The notes under the pieces are model-generated. The model was given only the letters and a program-made list of their open reading frames with translations. It had not been told where the DNA came from and searched no databases. Below, in pieces: positions 1 through 12,100 of a DNA stretch of 48,630 nt. A program made the translations under genes and the position numbers. The DNA comes from Kudoa neothunni (taxonomy: Eukaryota; Animalia; Cnidaria): NCBI GenBank assembly GCA_964304625.1, contig OZ199840.1:8346657-8395286 (forward strand), written 5' to 3'. Position 1 is the stretch's first letter; each line of letters begins with the position of its first letter.

Positions 1-67
1 CCATAGAATAATATTATAATTGTTAGAGAATAGATAAAAAATTAAAAAATATTTCAATATTTTTAGT

Positions 68-442
68 AAACTAAATTTTTTAATATTCATATACAAGTCA
101 GTTATTTTCAGGGTGATTTAAATGTTTAGAGCTTTTATTAATTTAATGGACAATATTTTTTAGCGTTAATAGAAAAAACCCAAAAATTCCTATCCTTGTC
201 AACAATCAGTTCCAACCAGAAATCTATTTATCATTGTAAATAACTCTTGAAATAACTAGTATCGAATGGCTTGTAGCTATTCGTAATTACACTAATATAT
301 ATTTTTTAGTTTCATAAATGGAATAATTTGTAAAAGTTCTCCAGATTCTGTAAATACTAATTTTTATAATACATCAACTAATTTTTATTATTCATTTTTC
401 GCAGAAAAAATTATTTTTAATTTTACATAGACGAGTCAGTGA
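68..442 (+). CDS. Possible 3' exons of an unidentified multi-exon gene entering from the left edge
   Basis: A phase-consistent chain of short GT-AG-bounded segments reads KLNFLIFIY|NVNRKNPKIPILVNNQFQPEIYLS|FFINGIICKSSPDS|TSQ*. No recognisable homology, and it could be chance in AT-rich DNA. Confidence 0.25.
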
Positions 443-1110
443 AGTTAATAGGACGTAGCATGTACATATATCTTGACTCATAATTAATAGTTTCGTATCA
501 GGAATTACATCATTAATAGATTTTTTAAGACAAACAGTGTGTACAAGCTTTTAAGAAAGTTTACAATCACCATTTTTGATTCCATAAAACAAAAAAAATT
601 TTTTTAATTTTAAAAAATATTTATTCCGTAACTTAAGAAAGCTATGATCAATAGGATTAATTATCGGAACCAAATAAATTTTTACATTAATCAAACTCAA
701 TTGTACCTGATTAAATAATTATGTTATTCAAAATATCCCTTGTTTTATTTATTTAATTTCAAATTAATAGCTTTTTGTATGTTCAACCAACTCTAAATCA
801 TTCTAGGTTCCGTAACATTTCTACAATGCAATTTTAAACATTATTATGTTATATAAACAAAATTTCTCAGATATATCATTTTGTATATAATTATTACTAC
901 TTAAACTAAATATTTAATTTAATAAGGAAAAATTAAAATTAAATTATATGCATAATATATTAGCTAATTTACTCAATGGATAAAGTCAATTGATAATCAA
1001 GAATTTAATAATTCTTCGGTAGGCATTCGTTGGTTAAGAATGTACCGTATTCGTATATTAGTTCGATATTTTAATATTCATATCATCCTCAGCTGTGTTA
1101 AACGTCATTA

Positions 1111-4011
1111 ATGTCGCTTGTTTTTCATATTATTTTCACGTTAAGTAGTTTTGAATTTTTTTTGTGGTTTCATATTTTTTTAGTTTTAATCAACAATACT
1201 ATTTCCAAAGGACAAGTTCCTACCACTCCAACGGAAATAATGAATTATCAGATTGTTAAAGATACCAATGATAATCTACTCAAACTCCAACTTGTTTTAA
1301 GTGAAAATACTTATACTGCCACTGATAAGATGTGTCGCATCATGAAGTCTACTGAAGCCACTCCTGCTGCTTTTGATGAAATAACTACATGTCCTAATAA
1401 TGTTAGCACGGATGATCCAAAAAATAAATGTGTTAGAGCTTGTGCTGGAAACGATATAATGTTGGATTTTAATCAGATTTCTCCAAGGACTTCGTACATT
1501 TACATATATTCTGGGACCAAGGTAGAAGCCGAAAAACAAGCGAACCAATTAAAAGGAGGAAAAATATTTGGCTTCACAACACGTAGCTTATTGTTAATGA
1601 GACGAATAACAACATAAACTTTAGCATTGCTCGTTAATCCACAGTTTGCTATTTCCAAAGACAGCTCAAAAAAGCTTAAATTATGTGCTAAAACATTCTC
1701 TTCAGTAAATTGCCCTATTTATTACAAAGATATGAAGTACGCAGAAGGCACGAAAACGGAAAATTGTGACACTGGAAATCAAGCGAATGTCGTTGACTTT
1801 GATCGCCTTATTCCTCATTATGAAGTTAGATGCGAAAAATATCCAAGCTTTTTTTACACCATGCCTAATGAGTATATGAAAGGCAATATTGAAATTTACA
1901 AACCCCAATTTTATGTCACAACAAATTCTGCAGGTTCAAAAAAAATCACTTTAAAATTTACTAATAATCCATCGCATGAGATTTGTGTGTTTCGTATTAA
2001 AGATGCTACAACAACTGGTTCCAATGCCGCATATGAGTCAAATTGTGGGAACGAAAATGGTGATTGTTACGCCCCTTGCGCAAATGTTACATTGACAGTT
2101 ACAACAGAAAAATCAGTTTACAGTGTCGTAATCCAAACAAGACATCACAGTTTAACGATAAACGCTCAAAAAAATTATGATGGGTATACCCAAAATAAAT
2201 ACGGTAATAACCGACGAAAAAATATGTCTAAGTATGATGAACTATTTTAGCCATTACTGAGCCAGCAGAGGGATTATTATCAGGGTTTACTGATGTTGGT
2301 GTCACGTTTGATTCAGCACTCTTCAAATCTTCAGATAGTGTAACTTGTACTCTTGCTCATTATTCTGCCGACTCACTTGAACCATCTATACAAACTACTA
2401 CTTGTGCCGAGGGTAGTAGACAAAATGGTGTTTCTGATAATAGGTGCAAAACGGAACCCTCTAAACTAGCTGTAATCGGACTTTCTGCTGAGAGGGCGTA
2501 TATTTTTGAAATGTCTTCAACAGGAATTACCGATCCAAGTGGCTTTAAGGAAAAAATATTTTATAGAACAAGTAAATATATTTAATGTTACAGAAAATAT
2601 TAATATTTATTAAGAAAACGGCAGTGGAAAAACTTATTTAGCTGCGGCTCCAACAACTACAGCATCTGATGCTTCCTTGAAAGCTGTTGACGGTGCGGTA
2701 GCAGCCAATAATGAAGAGCCAACATGTGAGTATCATGTTAGTGGGGCCGGAAAGAATAATTTCTATCCTGCATCATGCGAGGATAGCAATCCCTGTAGGG
2801 GCTGGTGTAAGGATACCAAAAATATCGTCGGTCTGGAACCAGGTGTTCAATATGATATCAAGGTAATCGCCCATAGAGACTATGCAGAACACATTTATAG
2901 GAGAGTTGAAACGAGTAAATCAATATTATTTTATCTTATTAATACTAAATTTCGTTAGAATTGGATACATTATCAATTACCCATAGGTTCAATATGGAAG
3001 GATTCGAGCTGAATGCCAAACTCTCGACAAAGATTCCAGCCTTGTGTGAATATGATGTAAAAATTAAAAAGGGTAACGATTATGAGTCGGTATTTGTGTG
3101 CCCTGCCCCTGTCCCGACTAATCCAACTACCTCCTCAACATCCAATCCTTCCTCAGAAGTTTCACCACCTCAAAATTCTCAAATTAAATCGAGGTTAGAG
3201 ATACCAAAAATAGCTAGAGCAGGTGGCGCAGCAACGGCAAATACTGATCAAACTAATGCTACCACTTCAAAGACATGCCAAAATATGCCATCATGCAAAT
3301 CTATTGTATTCAACACCGACTACGATCCAAACCATGAATATAGAGTTTTGGTGACCGCCAGAGGAAAATCTACACAACAAACAATTGATATCCCTTCAAG
3401 TAAAAATTTTAATTTCAAATTTATCTGTATTAATCAATGATTAGATAAGCCTAAGGAAAACCCAACAGATACAAACAAAGTACTAGACGTTTCAATAACA
3501 CGAGATGGAACCACATTCACAGTGGAAACACACCATTCGACAAAAGTGAACGAACAGTCAAAATGTAAATGGGAATTGAAAAATACAAGTGCGAAATCAC
3601 AATTAATTGTGAGATCATGTATAAGGCGGAATTCTGGATGTACCGAGTTTCCAAAATGTGCAAGTTTTACCATTGATAACTTGCCAGAATCAAACAATTA
3701 TCATTTAATCGTATATTTGGCGACTGATGAGTCATATTACGGAACTGCTGCAATAAATCAAGGTATCAATAAATTAAAGACTACTTATTTAACATTTGCT
3801 TTAGGTGAAAAAAGTAGTGCAAAGTAAGTTGAATACTACATAAATATATATAAGAATAAAAAATTATTTAGGTCGAACATGAAAATGATGTATTAATTTT
3901 TGTTATTATGTTATTTAATATATAAATAGAATTGTCGTATCAGCGGTTGCCGGAGTGGTACTTTTGATAGGAGTGATCGCATTCTTTGTCGGAAACAAGA
4001 ACAAGGACTAA
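1111..4011 (+). CDS. Orphan type-I membrane protein (~836 aa): signal peptide, about 7 Cys-rich FN3-like repeats, TM helix, 6-aa tail
   Basis: Exons 1111-1144, 1184-1582, 1625-2203, 2251-2571, 2615-2914, 2959-3399, 3445-3762, 3805-3823, 3872-3889 and 3930-4011 splice into one 2511-nt ORF with 39-48 nt GT-AG introns. N-terminus MSLVFHIIFTLILINNTISKG is signal-like. Repeated FN3 tyrosine-corner-like motifs: QISPRTSYIY, GLSAERAYIF, GLEPGVQYDIKVIA, DYDPNHEYRVLVTA, NLPESNNYHLIV. C-terminus IIVVSAVAGVVLLIGVIAFFV-GNKNKD*. Confidence 0.8.
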
Positions 4012-5070
4012 CCTATACATCATCTCTAATTATTTATATCCTTATTTTTTAGTTTATTCATTTAATCATTTTATTTTCAATAAAACAATATATTTACTAA
4101 TATAACCCACTAATGATATTACTCTTCTAAACATAAACTATTTTTATTTTTTTCGTGAAACTACCTATTTTCGTGGATATAATTTAATTTTGTTTGGGTT
4201 AAATATACCTGATAATTTATGTTTTATTTTAAGCACAATAAATCTTAATTTAAAATAATCAATACTCCCAATTACATCCGATCCGAACTTAATTACTTCA
4301 TAATAAATATAGTTTTTTAATTCACAAAAAATACAAATATAATAATCTAAATTAAATTTGATTCCAGTTTTCTCATAATTATTTAATATTATCATTGGTG
4401 TATTCTCAAAAGTCTGAATTCCAATTTTTTAATATTCACAAATCGTCGCCGTGCATTAGTAACTCAGTAATCAGACTTTGTTTAGATAAAGTAACATTAA
4501 ATGCTATAAAAAATTAGCTCGTTTTAAGAAAAATAAATCAAAACAAGGTTTCTGCTTAAAGCTGACAACATCCATTTTTATAAATCACAGTCAGTTATCA
4601 ATGTTGATTAACGTTTCCTTGATCTCAAAAAGTTATGAAATATCAAGACTTTCCTCTAATAAATATAAAATTCAGTTAAAATTGCATAAATTTTAAATTT
4701 GTTTATGCACTCATATTTAAACTTAAAATCTATTATCCCATCCATGTGTATACAAATAATATATTTCACGTCAATAGGGAAATAAATTTCATTTATAAAA
4801 TCATGGACTTAGTTATTTAAACATAAACTCAATTATTAAACTAATGAACAAGAAATAAAACCAAAAAATTAATAATATAACATTTTTTTCTGATTTTCGC
4901 TACAAATTTTAGTATATTAGTGATAATTTTTTTTAATTTGTCAAGCTCGTTCAAAAAATAAATCACAATAAAATTGGTCCACCCGTAGAATGCGCACGCA
5001 GATGCTTAATTACACAGATCAATCTAATAGAGTGTTCCCGCTCAGTTGTAACTATTATTTATCGCTAACT

Positions 5071-6497
5071 ATGCCTAAAAAATGTGAAATATGCCATCAG
5101 GTGAAAGATGACAATTTGTACCAATGCCCAAGATGCGAAATTCATTATTGTAGTTTAAAATGCTATAGGAATTCTGTACATTCGAGTTGTGAGAGTAATT
5201 TCAGGATAGCTTCGCTGTCAGAAATTATAAATATCAGTGATAATTCCACAAATCTTGATGAATGTGAAAAAGTTATGTCTGAAATAAGAGCCCACTCTCT
5301 GATCAACAATGAAAATAAAACCGACAGCGAACCGGAAGCCAAAACTCAATACAATGACAAAATTGAGTGTGATAGTGATAAAATGTTTAATGCAGATTTT
5401 GGACAAATGAAAGATTATTATGATAAATTATCTTCAGAGAAAAAGACAAAATTTATCCACTACCTAAATTCCATGATTAATCCCAGTAGTTTGGACGACA
5501 ATAAGGCAGCTGTGCTTGTAGCTCAACCCTGGTGGATAATAATATTTCATATTAGGTATAATGACTCCATCTTATATTTATTTGCATTGCATTAATTAAA
5601 AATGATTTTAGTTCTAATAAACCCGTTGAATTGGTCGAAGAGACTGTCGCTGAAGTCGACGAAGGGACTTCATTTGTTATTAATGAGATAATGCCTCATT
5701 TACATCCAAAATTGAATGAACTATCTTTGGAAAAAATGAACATAAGAGCTTTTCAAAATTATAACAACATAATAGCATTGATTGTTCATCGTCTTATGCT
5801 TGTTTATGTGGCCTCTATTCGCATTTATGGAAACCGTAATCAATGTGCTTCCGATACTAGTCATGTAGCCATGAATCAAACACTTGCTAACACATTATTA
5901 TCATTGGTGAGCCCATTGGTATTGAACGAATCGGAGAAATTCCAAAAATTTTATTCGAGTTATGAGCAGCTACTTGAAAACTTTGAAATCGATTGTTTAA
6001 GCTATTTCAAAAATGACTGGAATTATGCTTTGTTTGAAATGAGTGAACAATTTTTTATTCAAATCTACACAGATTATATTCTGATACTGAACGAAAACTA
6101 CACCGAAACTGAATGTCCAACTACCGCCGCCGATGTCAACTCACCATCATTACATATTTCATTTTTATACTTGGCTCTATCGGATGTGTATGACATTTTC
6201 AAAAAGTTGAACAATGCTACTCAGCCCCAATCCAAATTTGTTAATATAATGAAGAAATTATCATTCTACCTAGCCTGGTGTAAACATTACTCAAATTGCG
6301 ATGGTTTTAGAGGTGTGTTAAATTTTCTGCAATATCGAGCAGAATACCACAAACAAATTGTACACACCAACAATCAATCTGTTATCCCCAATGAACAATT
6401 AAATAGAATGAGAGATGCTGTAAGGAACAAAAGCAACCCCAAAAAACAACTAACGGCCCCATTGGATTTAGAATATTTAGAACATTTACAAAATTAG
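5071..6497 (+). CDS. ZNHIT2: Zinc finger HIT domain protein 2 (R2TP/U5 snRNP assembly cofactor)
   Basis: N-terminal zf-HIT CEIC...YQCPRCEIHYCSLKCYR...HSSCESNF, a central PWW motif and C-terminal KKLSFYLAW match ZNHIT2. A single 56-nt intron (5556-5611) joins ORFs 4990..5595 and 5631..6497 in frame. Start taken at MPKKC (5071). Confidence 0.8.
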
Positions 6498-6642
6498 CAT
6501 TTTATTATATTGTATTTTTTATTGTTTGATAAAATAGTTTTTTGTTATTTTATAAAAAAATTGATAACATTTATAAAATATTATTTCTACATATGAAAAA
6601 GTTGTTTCTATTATACAGATTATCAGGTTATAGCCAGGCATC

Positions 6643-7108
6643 TTATTTTTTTAGGAGTTCCTTCGTAATTGTGGCGTTTTGTTGAACCTATAAAAAACAT
6701 AACAAAACAACAACCAAAATTAAACCCACTAATGACAACCACTCTTCATTTCCATTTAAAAACTCTATTTGATCAATTATTTGCATTTGATTTATCTCGT
6801 CTAAAGAGGGTAAATTTTTAATTTCCTCCAAACTACATAATTCATCAACGTAACAGTCGGTTTTCCTAATAATCCAATGTTGAAAATATATTAATTTGTT
6901 TGTTGGACTACTTGAAGTATTTATTGCATTTATCAACGTCAATTTTGATTTTGGATAGAATTTCATTTGACGTAATTTTCGATCTGCCCACACCACTTAA
7001 ATCCTCCAAACGGTCACAAATCGTATTCTGCATTAACTCGTGGAGATCTTTCATAGAATCCGATATTGTGTCCAATAATTGTTCGACTCTGTCATTATTT
7101 AGGGCCAT
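6643..7108 (-). CDS. Small helical protein, probably Mediator subunit MED21 (Srb7)-like
   Basis: Three exons (introns about 6866-6911 and 6688-6729) give MALNNDRVEQLLDTI...KKTDCYVDELCSLEE...GNEEWLSLVQQNATITKELLKK*. From memory this resembles MED21 (MADRLTQLQDAV...KDIDVLIDSLPSEE...[22 protein letters not shown]), with matching spacing at the C-terminus. Needs an HMM search. Confidence 0.45.
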
Positions 7109-7653
7109 TGGAATGAGGTGGTAATAATCTTCGTTACGACTCGAGGAAAATCGGTGTTTATAAAAAGTTGAGTTTTGGGGATGCTAAGTAATTTTTTAAT
7201 TATCTTTTAACTCAAAATATTGTCTAATTATTTTTTTATATATTATACGAAACTTAATTAGCTTAATAAATATGAAATTTATTTAAATGCATAATAGAAA
7301 GTTCTCATTTTCATTGTAGGCTTTTCAAATTTAAAACAATTTTTAATCTAAACAGTTTAGTACAAATTCTTATTAAGATATTACGTACAAATTCGAATAT
7401 AATTATGAAAGGTAATATAAGGAAGAAAATACATGTAAATGATGGGGCTTAAATTCAGACAGAAAATAAATTTAAAAACTCATCGTGGTTTCTTTTTTAA
7501 GGATATTGGTTATTTCGAAGAAGATATTAATGTTGTCACCGCCTAATCACAGTATAAATATGTTACATTAAAAGATAACAAAGTCATAATTTTTCATGAA
7601 ATAGATTATGCATGATTTTTTACGTTGACGTTGAATACGCTTAATACAAACTA

Positions 7654-8192
7654 CAGTAATGGATAGTACGTATTTATTACGGAAACGCACAAAAATATTA
7701 AAACAATAAATTAGCTATAACCTAGATATTACAGAAAAAAGAAGTTACTTTTTTGTTTAAAAATACGGGTTAAAATTGAGTAATCATCTGAAATAGAATC
7801 AGATATTAACTACCATTTCTTTGAGCCATGATATTTAAAATAATTGCGAAGTTCTTCTAAATAAAATAAGACCGCGTCTGAAACGTTCAATTTATTATCA
7901 ATACCATCATCTTGCGTTTCTAAATTTTTTGAACGATGCTACTATTGCGTTATTGTTACTACTATGAATTAGGGAGGACATCATTATAAACCACCTTACT
8001 ATATATTAACAACGCGTGGCTATGTATATCCTCCATTTTTTAACTAGGTGCCACATTTGTATAACTATAAAAATTTATTAATCGTTCAATTCGTGTAATC
8101 CTAATATTATATGATTTTTAAAATCATTTAAAATATGAGAGACCCTTTTAATATGTAAAATTACCAATGTACGTACGACTGGTTCATTAATG
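7654..8192 (-). mobile_element. pogo/Tigger-type non-autonomous element, family A copy 1
   Basis: TA-flanked degenerate TIRs (ta|cagtaatggatagtacg ... cgtacgactggttcattaatg|ta). The interior is homologous, in inverted orientation, to 47194-47838. It contains a pogo C-terminal-like remnant, AIVASFKK...DDGIDN. Confidence 0.7.
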
Positions 8193-9105
8193 TATTACCT
8201 TATTTCAACATTTCTTATAATAAATTAGTTTTCATTTATTTTTTTTCGAATAGAGATTTATTGATAACTGAAAACCCAAAAATATTACACACATTATGTG
8301 CTTACATGACTTAAAAAAACTAAATAAATAATGGATAAATTAATTAATTAAGATATAATTTCAAATTTATTATAAGATGAATCCAGCACTTCCTGTAAGG
8401 AACACTTCATTACTACATTATAGATTTATTAGAGTTAAGATATTCGTCCAAAGAACTAATATACCCGTTAACAACTATCAAAATTATCCCATAACTTTAA
8501 AAACGAAACCTGGACGTCAACTAATCATGGTAAAAACTACAAAAATTACTTTCATGTCGCGAAACCCGCCATTAGGATCTATTGTCGTGATTAAGAAATA
8601 ACGACCTGCTTTGCTTATTGTAAAAAATAAATTATCTATTTAATTCAATATTGTATATTTTTCCCCAAAAATACAATTTTCATTCATTGGCTACATTTCT
8701 GAAACTTTACGAATATTCCATGGAGCGATCCGATCAGATTATAATGAGAATAATTTGTCAAATATTTCTTACTTCTCTATAATTAATTTCTTATATATTT
8801 TTTAAAGTCATTTTATGTTAATTTTTTAAATAAATATATTAACAAAAAATGTCAGGTGTTAAAATGTTAATGTACTCCAATAAATAAAATATTTACTCTT
8901 GTTTTGATCAAAAAAAGTTCCTTAATAGTCAGTTAAAATAATAATAAATCATATTTATATAATGCTGATAGATTGGAAGATGGAAAATATCAAACGACTA
9001 AAAATAAAATATACCCAATTTAATTAATTAATTATATTACTGTAACAATTGTATGTCGAAGAATAAAACCTTAGAAGCATATATAGGTATTGACAAAACT
9101 TATGC

Positions 9106-12100
9106 TCACAGACTGTTGTGGAACTTCACCTCAAACAGATCAGAATCCAATATGCCATGATAATCTGGAACGGAAATTTCATTTGTTGGCATAAGTATAC
9201 AATAAACCCCAGTCTAGAATTCAACTGATCACATATTTCGGATTTTGTCAAAAATTACGAAATATAATGAGATAAAGAAAATTAGAGCGAATACTATCGC
9301 GCTGCCAATAACAACGGTAATCATCCATCTTTCCAATTTCTTCGGTCGATTCTGTGTCAAGATAATTGTATACTAAATGAATTATTCCGAATTACATTTA
9401 AGTGATGAATTTATACTTTATGTGATGTTTCCATTAAAGGGAGACCTTTGACATCAATTATTACCGATGTCACATTGATTAACAATTTATTCTCATTAAA
9501 CTAATCAAATTCAACCGCTTTAATATATGACAAAAATACATTTGAGTGTAGAGCATATTCTTGTAGTTTAATCACCATAGATATTTTATGAATGTTTAAT
9601 AATTCAAGATCCATTAAAGAACAATTGAAAGCCAATGTTTGTTTTCCACATATGTGATTATTGCATTGGTTTAGTATTAGAGTGGGTTTGCCTTGGCACT
9701 ATTCTGATTAATAAATGGATACGCTTTTGAATTTACTGTATAATGTGAGATAAAAGCCAAATTATTATTAAGATCTGTCGAAATCTTAATTTTAACAAAC
9801 GATTGGTGGTGATTGTAGGTTCCAGAAGCAATTATCTAAATATCGTAAGTTAAATGAAAGCAAACCAATTAGATTACGAATAATCCAACTGGAATATTAA
9901 CAGACAATACTTTCCGACCAAACAAATTGATCAAAGTTTGATTGTATCTATTTAATAAATATTATACTAAAAAGTATTCTAATTTATTAAGTATAGAAAT
10001 ATTACAAATAAAGAAAAATATTTTCATGATTTATTAAATAAAGAAATATATATTTACTCAAGATAGGAATAACTAACATCAAAGGGGTTTTCAAGTTTAG
10101 ATACTGAGTTTCTAAAACTATTCAAAAAATTATCCAGTTGAATAATTTCTTAGAGAAGGAAATAACTATTTATGAAAAAGATTATAAAAATAACTAATTA
10201 CTCCTTTAGAGAATTTTTTGGCTTAAGACGATTAGAAACGTTGTATAACCTTTCTATTAATGGATAACCTTCAGTATTATCAAATGCATATCTTAAAAAA
10301 CATAAATATATTGTGGTCGGATTTTTCTTACATTTTTATTGACAAATTTAATTGCTTCGTTGTTTCAAAGTCTTTTTCGTACATTATACAAGTAATATTC
10401 GGCTGAATATATATTTATAATATTAATTCCATGCAATTATAATGAAACCTGCGAAACCAGGAGAAACAATTTCACAGTAGTTTTTGATGACGGATCCTTG
10501 TCATGTTCGATTGATTCCTGTGTTAAGAAAATATACAATAACTTATAATGTATGTTATTAGGATTTACATTGTATTGTTGGCCGATACAATTCAAAAATT
10601 GGTGAAAACGCCAATCAAAGTCAATTAAAACATAAAAGCAATAACGCAAGTTGCTATTTATATGTTTTAGAGGAAGGATATTTTCCAGCTTTAATACGTC
10701 GATTCCATTTAGTTCTTTGTGGGTGATTCTAAAAAGTACTAAACATAATAACACATAAACATGCATTACTTTGTTATAATTTCCTTAATAGAAAGGACCG
10801 GTTTTTTTATGCCACAATGGAAAAATGTACATGCTACATTTGGTTTCTCCTCAGGGTATGAAATAGAATCCAACATATATCCAACAGCAGATGGCAAATG
10901 GTTACCAAATACCAAATTCAACTTTACATCCATCTCAAGTAATTTATTCCACGAATACAAATTCAACATGAAAATAGCGTCGTCTTTCATTAAAAAGCGA
11001 ATCGATTGTGACTTTAGTCTAGTAGAGTTTTTTTGGTATTTATATTTTAAAAAATATTTGGAAGAGAACAGTTTGTCATTCTCGTTCTCCGTAATGATAA
11101 AAGCACGAAACTCATGAGGGATGTTGAATATAAAGCCAACGTTAATTTCAGCTAATAATTATAATTAAAGATATACCAAAATTATAATATAAATAATAAT
11201 TTTGGTCGTATTTATTAGTTTTAAATGTGGATTTAAAATAAAACCATTTTATTATTTTTAGATAAATTTTAAATATAGATCTAAACATTGGAAGAAAATA
11301 AAACATATTTTAATTATTTAGTTTATACAATTAAAAAATGATGTGAAGATATATTAGTGTTGTGACGCATATGAAATTTACCTTCTGATCCATATTTCAT
11401 CCACCAATATGAACGGAATAAACACCCCATATTGAAATCGATATCTATAGCAAAACTAAAAAAAGACTTCATTTACATGCTATTATTAGTCTACAATACC
11501 ACATATAACCTTTCATTGGTCCGTTACACTTTGAATCGTCTTCAACCCGTAAATTAATGGTTTCATTGAGCAGATAGAAAAAGAATGGTGCTCTAAAATA
11601 TGTGCTTACTAATTTGTCTAACAACTTTGAGAGTAAATAAATAAAAATTAACAATTTCGACAGCTTTTATCCTTAAAATAAATTATAACACCGATTTTTT
11701 TGATCGATGTTAGTTGGTGAAAGTAGAACATAAATAGTTCGCGCATTCATTATTGAGGGAAATTAATTCAAATCTTTTTTAGGTCCCACATAAAACTATA
11801 AAATTATGTAATAAATTTTAAAATAATTTTTTAAATAAACTTTATTATTTACATTAAGTTGAAATAATTAATTTGATAATCTTAGTTGATTAATTAAATC
11901 TACATTGAGTTTATATCTATTTTAAAATATTTCAAAAAAAATTTCGTTTAACTGTTCAAAAGTTCGATTTTCTTATACCATTTGACGAAACGTTAATTAT
12001 AATAGAAGTATTTGTACGTAATTTCACACCATATTTTTACACATGCATTAAAGGTCTTTCTGAAGCAAGAGGATTTATTTATCAATAAATTGATACATTA

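Noticed and set aside
6688-6996. ORF ending in hydrophobic VGLILVVVLLCFL, suggesting a tail-anchored protein
   Set aside because: The hydrophobic tail is the translation of a T-rich 42-nt intron (gtgggt...tatag). Splicing gives a MED21-like C-terminus.
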